From: an uncultured Azospirillaceae bacterium
Lineage (GTDB): Bacteria > Pseudomonadota > Alphaproteobacteria > RF32 > CAG-239
Assembly: GCA_964410325.1 (NCBI GenBank)
Contig: CAYPFN010000004.1
Coordinates: 1,486 to 65,485 of the forward strand
DNA: 64,000 bases
Reading direction: 5' to 3'
Shown in pieces: positions 32,945 to 42,867 of the stretch (position 1 is its first letter; every line of letters begins with the position of its first letter). The notes under the pieces are model-generated. The model did no database searches, had not been told where the DNA came from, and worked only from the letters and a program-made list of their open reading frames with translations. The position numbers and the translations under genes were made by a program.

Positions 32945-34652
32945 CGGATATGAATTAAACTTTAGTGAAGAACAGCTTGATTTTATATTAAGTAAAAAAA
33001 CACGCACAGTTGAATTGATATCTAAAGATTTTGAAGGTTATCAAAATCTGCCGGCAGGGGATAAAAAAGCAATTGAGCATTTGATTAATGCCGCAAACAT
33101 GATTAATGATGTTGCTTTAGAACAAGACCATCCGTTAAATTTACGCTTAAAGAAAGGGCTGGAAAGCGCTTTCTTAAAGAGTTCTTGGGCAGGAAAAGCT
33201 TTAGAGCTTTTTAATAGTTTGAACGGTGTTATAGGGTTTAATGGCATAGACAGAGAGCCTATACGAATTTTTAAAGAAGTCAGTTTGTTGCCAGGGAGAA
33301 ATTTTTATCCAGAAGATTTATCTGTTGAAGAATTTCATCGTATTCTTATTACGATGGGAAACAGAGGAGAAATTGATAAAATTCGAAAAATTTTATCAGC
33401 TCGAACAATGGTTCGCCGCCAAGGCGATAGCTTAAAAGCGATAGATTATACCGAGTATTTTTCAGAGGCTTTTTCCGATATTGCCAATGAGTTGGAAGCG
33501 GCCGCATATTATTGTACGGAACAGGAGTTTAAAGATTATCTTGGCTGGCAGGTTCAGGCGCTGTTGCAAAATAATCCAGATATGGATATGCTGGCGGATA
33601 AACATTGGGCAAAATTGCAAAATACTAATTTAGAATTTACGATTTCCAGAGAAAATTATGAAGATGAAATAAGCGGGACGGTTTATAATAATCCAGAACT
33701 TATTAAGATTCTTGAAGAAAATAATATTCATGTGGTAGCCAAAGACACATTCGGCTGCCGGGTTGGTATTGTCAACAAACCAGCAACAGAAGATATTCTA
33801 TTATCGAAAAAAATGCTACCGATCCTTGCCAAATGGATGCCTTATAATGAACAGTATACACAAGATAACGTTGATGAAGAAAATTTGCGGCAAAGCATGG
33901 TTGATGTTGATTTAATTGCCTTAACCGGCGATTATGCCATGTGCCGTGGCGGAATTACAGCGGCGCAGAATTTGCCGAATAACGATAAAATTTCTGTGCA
34001 AACTGGTGGTGGACGGCGCAATGTTTATCATCGGCAGGTGCGCTTTAGCACAGATGAAGAAAGAGATAAAAAGCTTTTGGATAAGTTGGTGGATCCCGCT
34101 TTGCATACATATGTTGATAAGTCAAAAGTGATTGTTTTTGTGGTAGGACATGAAAATGGCCATTCTCTTGGTCCGGGAAGTGTTTATCAGAATTCTTTAG
34201 GCATGTATAAGCATATAATTGAAGAGCATAAGGCAAACGTTGTTTCCATTGCTTCAATTACAGAAGCGGCAAAGCAAGGAGCAAATTTTGATAGGGAAAC
34301 ATTGCGCAAGATTTATACGTCTTGGATTGTCGGAAATTTATTTTTGCGGGCCAAACCTCTTTTATCACAAGCGCACAGGGTGGCTGATTTGATAGAATTT
34401 AATTATTTATTGGAAAGTAAAGCCATTTGGTTTGATGATATGAAAAAAATTCATATTGATTTTGATATTATCAATATGACAATGTATAAATTGTTAGAGG
34501 AAACTATACGAGTACAGCTTTCAAAATCTGTAGAAACAGCCAGTGAATTTATCAATCGTTGGGCAATATGGGGAGAATGGTCACGGTATATCGCTGAAAT
34601 ACAACAATCGTTAGGCGTTAAACCTTATATAAAAATTATAACTAAATTTTAA
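32934..34652 (+). CDS. Hypothetical 572-aa protein with HExxH motif (possible zinc metallopeptidase, M49/DPP-III-like?)
   Basis: VFVVGHENGHSLGPGS contains HENGH. A downstream IIEEHKA is weakly reminiscent of the M49 second motif, but the spacing differs. Confidence 0.45.
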   Translation: MKIDGYELNFSEEQLDFILSKKTRTVELISKDFEGYQNLPAGDKKAIEHLINAANMINDVALEQDHPLNLRLKKGLESAFLKSSWAGKALELFNSLNGVIGFNGIDREPIRIFKEVSLLPGRNFYPEDLSVEEFHRILITMGNRGEIDKIRKILSARTMVRRQGDSLKAIDYTEYFSEAFSDIANELEAAAYYCTEQEFKDYLGWQVQALLQNNPDMDMLADKHWAKLQNTNLEFTISRENYEDEISGTVYNNPELIKILEENNIHVVAKDTFGCRVGIVNKPATEDILLSKKMLPILAKWMPYNEQYTQDNVDEENLRQSMVDVDLIALTGDYAMCRGGITAAQNLPNNDKISVQTGGGRRNVYHRQVRFSTDEERDKKLLDKLVDPALHTYVDKSKVIVFVVGHENGHSLGPGSVYQNSLGMYKHIIEEHKANVVSIASITEAAKQGANFDRETLRKIYTSWIVGNLFLRAKPLLSQAHRVADLIEFNYLLESKAIWFDDMKKIHIDFDIINMTMYKLLEETIRVQLSKSVETASEFINRWAIWGEWSRYIAEIQQSLGVKPYIKIITKF

Positions 34653-34682
34653 AATTAATAGTGTATTTATAAGAAAAGGGGA

Positions 34683-35057
34683 ATGAAAATGTTTGGTAAT
34701 TTAGTTTATGGTAAATTTTCCTTAAAAGAAACGTTTTGGAAATTTGGCGTTCTCGGTGTTTTTTTCTGTGCTTTGGTTACAAGAATTTTTAAGGCTTTTT
34801 TGATGCAGGCACTAAATGGTGCTACTATTACTTATTACTATACACATTATTTCTCACCGCTTGCAATGGATGGCAAGATTTTGTTTTTAACAATCGGGTA
34901 TTTTGTGTGTTTTGCGGCTTTATGCCTTTATTCAATAATGGTTTTGTTTGGTATTTGGCGGAGTTCTGCGGAATACGATAAAAGCATTTGGTTGCGTCAT
35001 ATTGCTAGAATAATGATGTTTCTGATGGTTTATCTTGGTGTAAAATTTGTATTATAG
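34683..35057 (+). CDS. Small membrane protein, hypothetical (124 aa)
   Basis: 3-4 predicted TM helices. No motif. Confidence 0.35.
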   Translation: MKMFGNLVYGKFSLKETFWKFGVLGVFFCALVTRIFKAFLMQALNGATITYYYTHYFSPLAMDGKILFLTIGYFVCFAALCLYSIMVLFGIWRSSAEYDKSIWLRHIARIMMFLMVYLGVKFVL

Positions 35058-35066
35058 GGTGGACAT

Positions 35067-35222
35067 ATGAAAAAATTTATTTTGTTGTTTTTGCTATTTT
35101 TAATAGGGTGTGTTGTTGCTGGAGATTTTTCCGAAGACAGGAATCGGTTGCATGAACTTGGCCGGGATGAGGCTTATTGCCAGAAAAATCCTGATCGTTG
35201 TGTTAACGGCATTCCTTGGTAA
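35067..35222 (+). CDS. Small lipoprotein candidate (51 aa), not in ORF track
   Basis: MKKFILLFLLFLIGCVV.. carries an LIGC lipobox. An AGGGTGG Shine-Dalgarno lies 6 nt upstream, and a hairpin terminator follows at 35236-35264. Confidence 0.35.
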   Translation: MKKFILLFLLFLIGCVVAGDFSEDRNRLHELGRDEAYCQKNPDRCVNGIPW

Positions 35223-35235
35223 TTGTTTGAAGAGA

Positions 35236-35264
35236 AAAAATCCGCAGTTAAAGCGGATTTTTTA
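35236..35264 (+). terminator. Rho-independent terminator
   Basis: aaaaatccgc agttaaa gcggattttt. Confidence 0.55.
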
Positions 35265-35308
35265 ATATTATTAACGGGTGAGCGATGTAATAAGAATTAT
35301 AAAATCTA

Positions 35309-35336
35309 AAAAACCCCGTATTAAACGGGGTTTTTT
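35309..35336. terminator. Bidirectional hairpin terminator (3' of pssA on minus strand)
   Basis: aaaaccccg tattaaa cggggtttttt. Confidence 0.55.
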
Positions 35337-35342
35337 CAAAAG

Positions 35343-36140
35343 TTATTTTACAGCTTTTTTCTTATCATATAAAAATTTGATAATCCCCAGTGGAATTGAT
35401 AAAGCATAAAGTCCGGTCATAATACCTAATGTAAGCCAGGGTTGTGTAATCATAAAATGAATAAACAATACGACAAACAGCATTAAAGGTAGCATCATAT
35501 ATGTTTGTACTTTAAGCTTTTTTAATGAAATGGTGGGTATACGACTAACCATTAAAAAAGTAATGATAAACATCATAATGCCACAAAAGGCATTAGACTG
35601 TAAAACGATAGCAGCTTGCGGAAAATGGAAACAAATCAGCAAAGGCATGATAGCTAAGGCCGCGGCGGCTGGTGCTGGTACGCCGACAAAATAATGCGAC
35701 CAGTATTCAGGCTGATCATCATCAAGCATAGTGTTAAAACGTGCTAAGCGCATGGCCATACCCATAGCAAATAACAAACAGAAAAACCAGCCGAATTTAG
35801 GCAAATCAAACAAAGTCCATTGATATATTAAGATTGCGGGCGCAACGCCGAAACTGACAAAATCGGAAAGCGAATCTAGTTCGGCGCCGAATTTGGAGGA
35901 GGCTTTCAAAAATCTGGCAACACGACCGTCCAGACCATCAAATAAAGCGGCCAGAAAGATACAAAGTACGGCTTTAATCCAATCATCTATAATTGCATAG
36001 CGAATCGATGTTACACCAGAACAAAGCGCCATCATCGTTAAAATATTCGGCACTAGTTTACGAAAAGGAACCTCTTTAAATTTTTGTTTAGATATGAGTA
36101 TCCGGTTGTTGATGTTTTTAACTTTATGAATGTTTCTCAT
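35343..36140 (-). CDS. pssA: CDP-diacylglycerol--serine O-phosphatidyltransferase
   Basis: 265 aa. CDP-alcohol phosphatidyltransferase motif DGLDGRVAR..G..D..D. Confidence 0.8.
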   Translation of the reverse strand: MRNIHKVKNINNRILISKQKFKEVPFRKLVPNILTMMALCSGVTSIRYAIIDDWIKAVLCIFLAALFDGLDGRVARFLKASSKFGAELDSLSDFVSFGVAPAILIYQWTLFDLPKFGWFFCLLFAMGMAMRLARFNTMLDDDQPEYWSHYFVGVPAPAAAALAIMPLLICFHFPQAAIVLQSNAFCGIMMFIITFLMVSRIPTISLKKLKVQTYMMLPLMLFVVLFIHFMITQPWLTLGIMTGLYALSIPLGIIKFLYDKKKAVK

Positions 36141-36844
36141 TTAACAACTCCTTCTACTCTTGGTGCATCAGATTTCAGATTTGCTAAAATTGTTTCGCCG
36201 GCGACCATGGTTTGACCAATGCATACCTGAGGTTCAATATCGGTTGGCAGATAAACGTCCAGACGGGAACCAAAACGAATAAGCCCGAATCTTTCACCAG
36301 CCTGATATTGTTGTCCATCGCGGGCAAAGCAGATAATTCGACGAGCGACCAAACCGGCAATCTGCACAAAGGCGATTTCTTTGCCGCAGTCTGTGCGCAT
36401 GGCAAGCAGCTGTCGTTCATTATCTTTGCTGGCTTTGTCAAGCGTTGCATTAAAAAATTTGCCTTTGATATAAGCCTTTCTGATAATTTTGCCAGATGCT
36501 GGCGCACGATTAACGTGGACATTAAACACGCTCATAAAAATGCTTATGCGATTGAATGTTTTATTGTTCATACCCAGTTCTTCAGGGCCGGTTACGCGGG
36601 TAATCATTTGAACAATGCCATCAGCTGGGGAAACGACTACATCTTTTATCTGTGGCGTAACGCGTTCAGGGTCACGGAAGAAATAATAGCACCAGATAGT
36701 TAAAATTAATCCGACAATACCCAAAGGAAGCCAGATAATTGCCAGCAACGCTGTTGCCGCTGCAAAAATGCTGATAAAGCGCCACCCTTCGTTATTAATG
36801 TTTGGAAAAATATATCTTTGGAAAGAAAGATTAACGTTTTTCAT
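36137..36844 (-). CDS. psd: Phosphatidylserine decarboxylase proenzyme
   Basis: 235 aa. A C-terminal GST-type cleavage region (RFGSR) and a conserved core. Overlaps pssA by 4 nt. Confidence 0.85.
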   Translation of the reverse strand: MKNVNLSFQRYIFPNINNEGWRFISIFAAATALLAIIWLPLGIVGLILTIWCYYFFRDPERVTPQIKDVVVSPADGIVQMITRVTGPEELGMNNKTFNRISIFMSVFNVHVNRAPASGKIIRKAYIKGKFFNATLDKASKDNERQLLAMRTDCGKEIAFVQIAGLVARRIICFARDGQQYQAGERFGLIRFGSRLDVYLPTDIEPQVCIGQTMVAGETILANLKSDAPRVEGVVK

Positions 36845-37008
36845 AACAAATACCTTTCAATAAAAATGCCGAAACGCTGTTTCCGACGCATTTGATTAAT
36901 GTTTATGGACATAATCCGTAAATCAAGAAAACATAATTTTGCAAAAAAAACAAGTTTTATGTTGCATTTATGAAATTATGTGGTTATAAACAACCTTGTA
37001 AAGGTTAT

Positions 37009-37095
37009 GCGCTTGTGGCGGAACAGGTAGACGCTGCAGACTTAAAATCTGTTGGGAGCAATCCCGTGCCGGTTCGATTCCGGCCTAGCGCACCA
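37009..37095 (+). tRNA. tRNA-Leu (anticodon TAA)
   Basis: GCGCTTGTGGCGGAACAGGTAGACGC...GCAGACTTAAAATCTGT...long variable arm...GCCGGTTCGATTCCGGC..ACCA. The anticodon loop is CTTAAAA. Confidence 0.8.
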
Positions 37096-37404
37096 TTTGT
37101 TTTCCTTGAAAATCAAGCATTTAGATTAAGAGCTATGCTGAAAAGTTAGGCTCTTTAATTTTTTATGCTTACATTTTGTGTTTTACAAAAGACGACTTTG
37201 AAAAAGCAAAATGTCTGAAAACTGTGAGATCCTTATTTGTCGGATATTCTAAAATAATATTAAAATTTGATAGTTTTTGTTTAAAAATATTGAAAATCAA
37301 GTCCTGTGATTTGAATTCCTTCACCAATCATTCTGCCATTTCTGCCAAATAAAAAACTCTCCCTTTTTAGAGGAGAGTTTAGTTTGTTTGAAAAAATGAG
37401 ATGA

Positions 37405-37884
37405 TTAGCAGAAATTTCCATCATCGGTACATTCCTTGTAGGTATCATAGAATTCCTGTTCGGCAATTCCATAAATATCATCCAAAGAAGTGATGGAAAT
37501 GAAGCTTCCGGCACGCATGTTCTGAGCTTCACCCCAAGAACAGATAAACGAAATATTTTCACTTATCTGTATAAACTTGGCAATTCCGCCTGTAGGTTTA
37601 AACCAACCTTCGCCAAGTTCCGGAGCTGGCTCATATTTTTTCCCGAATTTGTTTGCGGGAACAATATAGCTTTCGCCTCCGGGATTGGTAACAATCCAAT
37701 CACCGGCGTTTGCTTTATTGCTCGTTTCTCGGTGGCCATCAGTAAGAATGGTTTCAATTACTTCGCCTTCTTTAGCCTCTCGCGCCAAAACACGGGCAAA
37801 TTTGGTATATGTTTTACAGGAGGCGCCGTTAGCAATCAAACCTTCTACATAGCTTTTCATTTTTTCTTTGTTCATTGTTTTCAT
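37405..37884 (-). CDS. Hypothetical protein (159 aa)
   Basis: Clean ORF with a 9-bp hairpin terminator (aaactctcc/ggagagttt) downstream at ~37349-37380. Confidence 0.45.
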   Translation of the reverse strand: MKTMNKEKMKSYVEGLIANGASCKTYTKFARVLAREAKEGEVIETILTDGHRETSNKANAGDWIVTNPGGESYIVPANKFGKKYEPAPELGEGWFKPTGGIAKFIQISENISFICSWGEAQNMRAGSFISITSLDDIYGIAEQEFYDTYKECTDDGNFC

Positions 37885-38116
37885 AATTTATTTTTTTTAA
37901 TTGTTAAACATCGTTGCATTTTAAGATTATGAGCATTAAAAATAAAACCATAACGCATAAAATTCAACAATGTTAAAAATTATGGAAACGGAATTAAAAA
38001 TAATAAACATATACTTAATATAGCAATTATAACGTATCACATTTTTTAGTGTTTTAAAAGACAAATTTTAATATTTTAAGCAAAAACCCCCGCTTTTGCG
38101 GGGGTGTTGCTTAAAA

Positions 38117-38207
38117 TGGCGGATAGAGTGAGATTCGAACTCACGGTACCCTTTGGGGGTACACACGATTTCCAATCGTGCGCCTTCGACCACTCGGCCA
38201 TCTATCC
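38117..38207 (-). tRNA. tRNA-Ser (anticodon GGA)
   Basis: Reverse complement reads GGATAGATGGCCGAGTGGTCGAAGGCGCACGATTGGAAATCGTG..long variable arm..GAGTTCGAATCTCACTCTATCCGCCA. Confidence 0.8.
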
Positions 38208-38253
38208 ATGCCCCTCTTTCTATATTCTTTTTTTTGATTTCGCAAGTGTTTTT

Positions 38254-38811
38254 TTAATCTTTTTTATCAGGATAACCGATTAACTGATGAATAATGACAA
38301 ATTCATCTTCCCTTAAGCCTAAGGCTTGGTGGAGTTTTTCTTTATCAATGAAACCGCGGACAACCGTTCCCAAACCCTTTTCCGTAACATATAAATAAAC
38401 ATTCTGATATGCAGCACCAGCATGTAAAAGCGAATATTCCGGATTGCTACCAGTATATACCAGATTAAGCGAACCGTTTCTCACATAATCTTGAAGGGCA
38501 AGGCTTGACAAAGCATTTTCATTTGAAATTTTGTTCAAAGTATGATTTTCGCCGTCGTAAAGCCAAATTCCTTTTTCATTGAGTATAAAAATTTTAAGAT
38601 TTTTTTCATTTAAAGCCGTGGGAATAGTTCGGGTGCCTTTTTTGTTTTTGCCGAAGGCAACCCATAAAATGTTGCTGATGTCTTGCTCATCTAGACGACT
38701 GGAGCAATATTCTTTTGTGGAAACGCGATTGTTCATGATTTGCAGCAAAGAATCGGAAATTTGTGGACTGGACAGGCGAACTGGTGCTCCGAGATCTTTT
38801 TTAGATGACAT
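38254..38811 (-). CDS. Nitroreductase-family protein
   Basis: 185 aa. RVSTKEY...ISNILWVAFG is the nitroreductase-fold signature. Confidence 0.55.
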   Translation of the reverse strand: MSSKKDLGAPVRLSSPQISDSLLQIMNNRVSTKEYCSSRLDEQDISNILWVAFGKNKKGTRTIPTALNEKNLKIFILNEKGIWLYDGENHTLNKISNENALSSLALQDYVRNGSLNLVYTGSNPEYSLLHAGAAYQNVYLYVTEKGLGTVVRGFIDKEKLHQALGLREDEFVIIHQLIGYPDKKD

Positions 38812-39096
38812 TTTCTCCTCCTTATAAAAAAGAATCTTAATTTGTTTTTATTCTAAAGCCGAGGGATGAAATTAGCAAATTTTGATTTAAAAGTATTCAC
38901 GATGTTTTTCAGGATGTTATGGTTATAGACCATAAAATAACTGTCCAGAGGGTAATGACTGTTATTAAGTCTCAAAAATTGTAACCACAGGAGCTCCATA
39001 TAATTAAAAAATATTCTGTCGATCAAAAATAAGGATGAAGAACAATAAAACAAAACCCCGCTTAACAGGCGGGGTTGGGGTTAAGAAAACGCTTTA

Positions 39097-39825
39097 TTAT
39101 CTTCTGTTACCCATAATCCTTAATAAATTCAGGAACAGGTTGATAAAATCCATATACAAAGCCAGAGCACCGGCAACAGCTTTTCGCGTCAGCGAATCTT
39201 CCGAATCGGCGGAAGCGTAGATGTTGAGAATGTTCTGCGTATCGTAGGCGGTTAAACCAACAAATATGGCTATGGAAATATAAGACAATGCATAATACAT
39301 TGCCGGGCTTTGCATAAAGATGTTAACAATGCTGGCAATGATAACGCCCCATAACCCCATAATCAGAAAAGAACCAATACTGGTCAAATCACGCTTGGTG
39401 GTATAACCGTACAGGCTCATGGCACCAAAAGTGCCAGCTGTAATTAGAAAAACGCGAGTCATACTGGAAGCGGTATAAACTAATAAAATCGGTGTTAAAG
39501 AAGCGCCCATTAAAGCCGCAAAACCCCAGAATACGCCTTGAACCTGTTTTGTCGAGCCACGCATAACTGCCCAGTTAAAAACAAACACCATAATCAACGG
39601 TGAAATTAGAAACAACCAGCCAAGCCCCGACATGCTGACCGAGTTTGTGGCTTGATTAAAATTGAAAAACAGTCTGATTAAACTGGTGTTTGCGATTAAA
39701 TAAGCCACCAAGGCGGTTAAACACAAACCACCGGCCATATAATTATACACTTTGAGCATAAAACTGCGCAAACCTTCATCAATGTAGCTTTTTGCCGCGG
39801 ATGAAGTATAGCTTTTTGTTTCCAT
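39097..39825 (-). CDS. Bax inhibitor-1/YccA family membrane protein
   Basis: 242 aa with 7 TM helices and a charged C-terminus LRIMGNRR. Confidence 0.8.
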   Translation of the reverse strand: METKSYTSSAAKSYIDEGLRSFMLKVYNYMAGGLCLTALVAYLIANTSLIRLFFNFNQATNSVSMSGLGWLFLISPLIMVFVFNWAVMRGSTKQVQGVFWGFAALMGASLTPILLVYTASSMTRVFLITAGTFGAMSLYGYTTKRDLTSIGSFLIMGLWGVIIASIVNIFMQSPAMYYALSYISIAIFVGLTAYDTQNILNIYASADSEDSLTRKAVAGALALYMDFINLFLNLLRIMGNRR

Positions 39826-39943
39826 GATTCTCTCCTTAAAAATTTTTCCTGTTTGATAATATAGAAATTTTTTTATCTAAAATCAATAAGCATGTAAAAA
39901 AACATCCGCCTGTTAAAAGGCGGATGTTGTACATTTGTGAAAA

Positions 39944-41104
39944 TTAAGCTGCTTTGGCCGAATATTTATAAGCAAACTTATTCATTGTTTCAATGATATA
40001 AGACTGTTCGTCTTCTTCCAAATACGGATGCATAGGAATGCTTAAAACGGTTTTGGATAATTTTTCGCAGACAGGAACCGAACGGGTATTCCATTTTTTA
40101 TAAGCTGTTTGGGTGTTAACCGGGCGCGGATAGTAAGCGCCACAGGGAATTCCTGCTTTTTTTAAATGTGACATGAGCTCATCGCGATGTTCGCAATTGA
40201 TGGTATACAAAGCGTAAGCCGAACGACAATTATCCAAAATCCGTTGTTTGCCAAAATAGGGGCTTAATTCCAAATCATAGCGTTTGGCAATACGGTAGCG
40301 GTCTTCCAGTTCTTTATCAAAAATTGTCAGTTTTTGTAAAATAACGGCTGCTTGGAAAGAGTTCATGCGTCCGGTCATACCCAAACGGATATTATCATAA
40401 TGATCATTGGGGCTCATGCCATGGACGCGACAGGATTTAACCAGTTCATTTTCTTCATTATTATTGGTGAATACGGCACCGCCGTCGCCATATCCAGCCA
40501 AAGGTTTTGTCGGATAAAAAGACGTAGCACTCATGTCGGAAATGGAGCATGCTTTTTTGCCATGATAAATCGAACCATAGGACTGACAGGCGTCAGACAA
40601 AACTTTCATGCCGTTTTCATGAGCGATGTTGGTGATTTCGTCCAATTCGCACGGAGAACCGAAAATATCAACAGGAATAACCGCTTTCAAATTTAGTTTT
40701 CCTTCTTTTTTGACTTCAGCAATGGCGCGTTTCAGATCTTCAGGATCCATGTTGTAGGTGTCTGGCTTGGAATCAACAAAAACAGGCGTTGCGCCAAGCA
40801 AGACAGGGGCTTCCGCAGAAGATACAAAAGTAAACGATGAAACAAAAACGGCATCGCCAGGCTTAACATCCCAAGCCATTAAAGCCAGTGTTAAAGCATC
40901 GGTGCCAGAACCGCAGGTCGAGCAATATTTTGTACCGGAATATTCAGCCAGTTTTTGATCGAGTTCTTTAGTTTCTGGACCTTGGCAATAAGCGCCATGG
41001 TCTAAAATTTTTTCTAAAGCCGTCATGATTTTCTCTCGACCGATAACGCTTTGCGATGAGGCACAGTCAAACAAATTGATTTTTTTAGAAGGTTTTTCTA
41101 TCAT
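39944..41104 (-). CDS. DegT/DnrJ/EryC1/StrS-family PLP-dependent sugar aminotransferase
   Basis: 386 aa with a conserved lysine region SFYPTKPL. Confidence 0.8.
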   Translation of the reverse strand: MIEKPSKKINLFDCASSQSVIGREKIMTALEKILDHGAYCQGPETKELDQKLAEYSGTKYCSTCGSGTDALTLALMAWDVKPGDAVFVSSFTFVSSAEAPVLLGATPVFVDSKPDTYNMDPEDLKRAIAEVKKEGKLNLKAVIPVDIFGSPCELDEITNIAHENGMKVLSDACQSYGSIYHGKKACSISDMSATSFYPTKPLAGYGDGGAVFTNNNEENELVKSCRVHGMSPNDHYDNIRLGMTGRMNSFQAAVILQKLTIFDKELEDRYRIAKRYDLELSPYFGKQRILDNCRSAYALYTINCEHRDELMSHLKKAGIPCGAYYPRPVNTQTAYKKWNTRSVPVCEKLSKTVLSIPMHPYLEEDEQSYIIETMNKFAYKYSAKAA

Positions 41105-41305
41105 TTTTTTATCCTTTAAGCAAAATTCAAACTGAGGCTGATATTACGGCACTTAATCTGTTGATGCAACACACAAGATATTTCTTGATTGTAACAAAAA
41201 ACAATCCATACGAAAATATCACCATGAATAATTATATTTTTGTTGATTTAATTGCCATAATTGCTATATTTGAGGCAACTTAAATAATAATTATAAGGAT
41301 GTGTT

Positions 41306-42100
41306 ATGAAAAAAATTGCCTTGTCGGTGCTTTTGGCTTTGAGCCTGACCGCCTGTGCGACCAATCCGGATGGCAGCAAACTTAATCCTGAAGATGAAGA
41401 ATCGGGGTTGGAGTACTATAATCGTGCCATGTTTAATTTTAATTATCAGTTTAATAAAAAGGTTATGAAGCCGGTGGGCGAAGGCTATAAAGAAGTTACC
41501 AACCAATTTTTCCGTGACCGGGTCAGCGCTTTTTTTGATAATCTGGAAGAGCCAGCTTATTTTGCCAATAACCTTTTTCAGGGGGAATTTAAAAACAGCG
41601 GTATTTCAGTCGGGCGCTTTTTTATTAACTCAACTCTAGGGCTTGCCGGAATGTTTGATGTGGCTGTTGGTTGGGGGCTTGAAAAGAAAGCCAATAGTTT
41701 TGATAAAACAATGGCAAAATATTGCGTGCCGGACGGTCCGTTCTTTATTGTGCCGATAGTTGGTCCGGCAACGCCGCGATATGTTGTTGGCTGGACGGCT
41801 GATGCTTATGCCAGCCCGCTGTTTTGGGCTTTGATAGATGTTGATGATAGCGGAGTTGATGCGGCTGTGATTGGCGCAACGACGCTGAAATATATTAATA
41901 TTTATGCGGAAAATTTAAGTTTGCTTGAAAGCTTGGAAGAAGGGTCTGTTGATTTTTATGCAACGGTCAAGTCGGCCTTTTTGCAAAATCGGCAAAAATT
42001 TGTCAGCATATGTGCCGAAACAGGAACTGATAATGAAGTTTTGAGCTATGATTTTGATTTTGGTTATGATGATGCTTTTGATGATGAAATAGAATTTTAA
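41306..42100 (+). CDS. mlaA: MlaA/VacJ-family outer-membrane lipoprotein
   Basis: Lipobox LSLTAC, and a VacJ-like core (FNFNY..DRV..P.). Confidence 0.7.
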   Translation: MKKIALSVLLALSLTACATNPDGSKLNPEDEESGLEYYNRAMFNFNYQFNKKVMKPVGEGYKEVTNQFFRDRVSAFFDNLEEPAYFANNLFQGEFKNSGISVGRFFINSTLGLAGMFDVAVGWGLEKKANSFDKTMAKYCVPDGPFFIVPIVGPATPRYVVGWTADAYASPLFWALIDVDDSGVDAAVIGATTLKYINIYAENLSLLESLEEGSVDFYATVKSAFLQNRQKFVSICAETGTDNEVLSYDFDFGYDDAFDDEIEF

Positions 42101-42118
42101 TTACAAGGAGATGGAAAT

Positions 42119-42715
42119 ATGCGCAAAGTTTTAGGTTTAATATTGACGATGGCGCTGTTCGTTGCTGGAACGGCAAAAGCTGATGTTGATGCGCAAAAAG
42201 CGGAAGATTTTATTAAGGAAGTAACAAAACAGGGAATAGAAGAAATTATTAATTCTGATGTGCCACTGGAAGAAAAAGATGCCAGATTTGCTAAGCTTTT
42301 TAATGAATATTTGGATTTAGATTTTATCGGGCGATTTGTTTTAGGTAGATATTGGAAAACCTCAAGTTCCAAACAACGAACGGACTTTATAGACGTTTAT
42401 CGAGAGATGAATATTAAAACTTGGTCCAAACGCTTTGATGAATTTAAAGGAAAAACCTTTGTTTTCAAAGGGACATCGCCTTCCAGTTCAGCTAATCAAG
42501 TTTTTGTAAACACTGAAGTGTCGATGGATCAGGGCGCTCCAGCAAAAGTGGCCTGGCGGGTTAAGGAAACGGATGGAAAGTTTAAAGTTGTTGATATTGT
42601 TATTGAAAATGTCAGTCTGGCGATTACTGCCCGCAATGAATATACGGCATATATTAAGAAATCTCCGGATGGAATTGACGGTTTGATCGCCAATCTGCGA
42701 CAAAAAATCCAATAA
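42119..42715 (+). CDS. MlaC/Ttg2D-like periplasmic phospholipid-binding protein
   Basis: 198 aa with a signal peptide. Size and position next to mlaA fit. Confidence 0.5.
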   Translation: MRKVLGLILTMALFVAGTAKADVDAQKAEDFIKEVTKQGIEEIINSDVPLEEKDARFAKLFNEYLDLDFIGRFVLGRYWKTSSSKQRTDFIDVYREMNIKTWSKRFDEFKGKTFVFKGTSPSSSANQVFVNTEVSMDQGAPAKVAWRVKETDGKFKVVDIVIENVSLAITARNEYTAYIKKSPDGIDGLIANLRQKIQ

Positions 42716-42867
42716 AAGCGTAACGGCATAAATTATTGCCGATGGTCTGTTGTTGCCGGAAAATTTCCGATGAGGTTTATAAAATATTTTTGGGCTATTT
42801 TTCTGGAGATTTTAACTATAAATGAATAATTGACATTTTGTGCTTTTTTAGGTAAACTAATAATAGT

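Noticed and set aside
36184-36703. Overlapping ORFs (112 aa minus, 163 aa plus) within psd
   Set aside because: Embedded in the well-supported psd coding region, with no independent signals.
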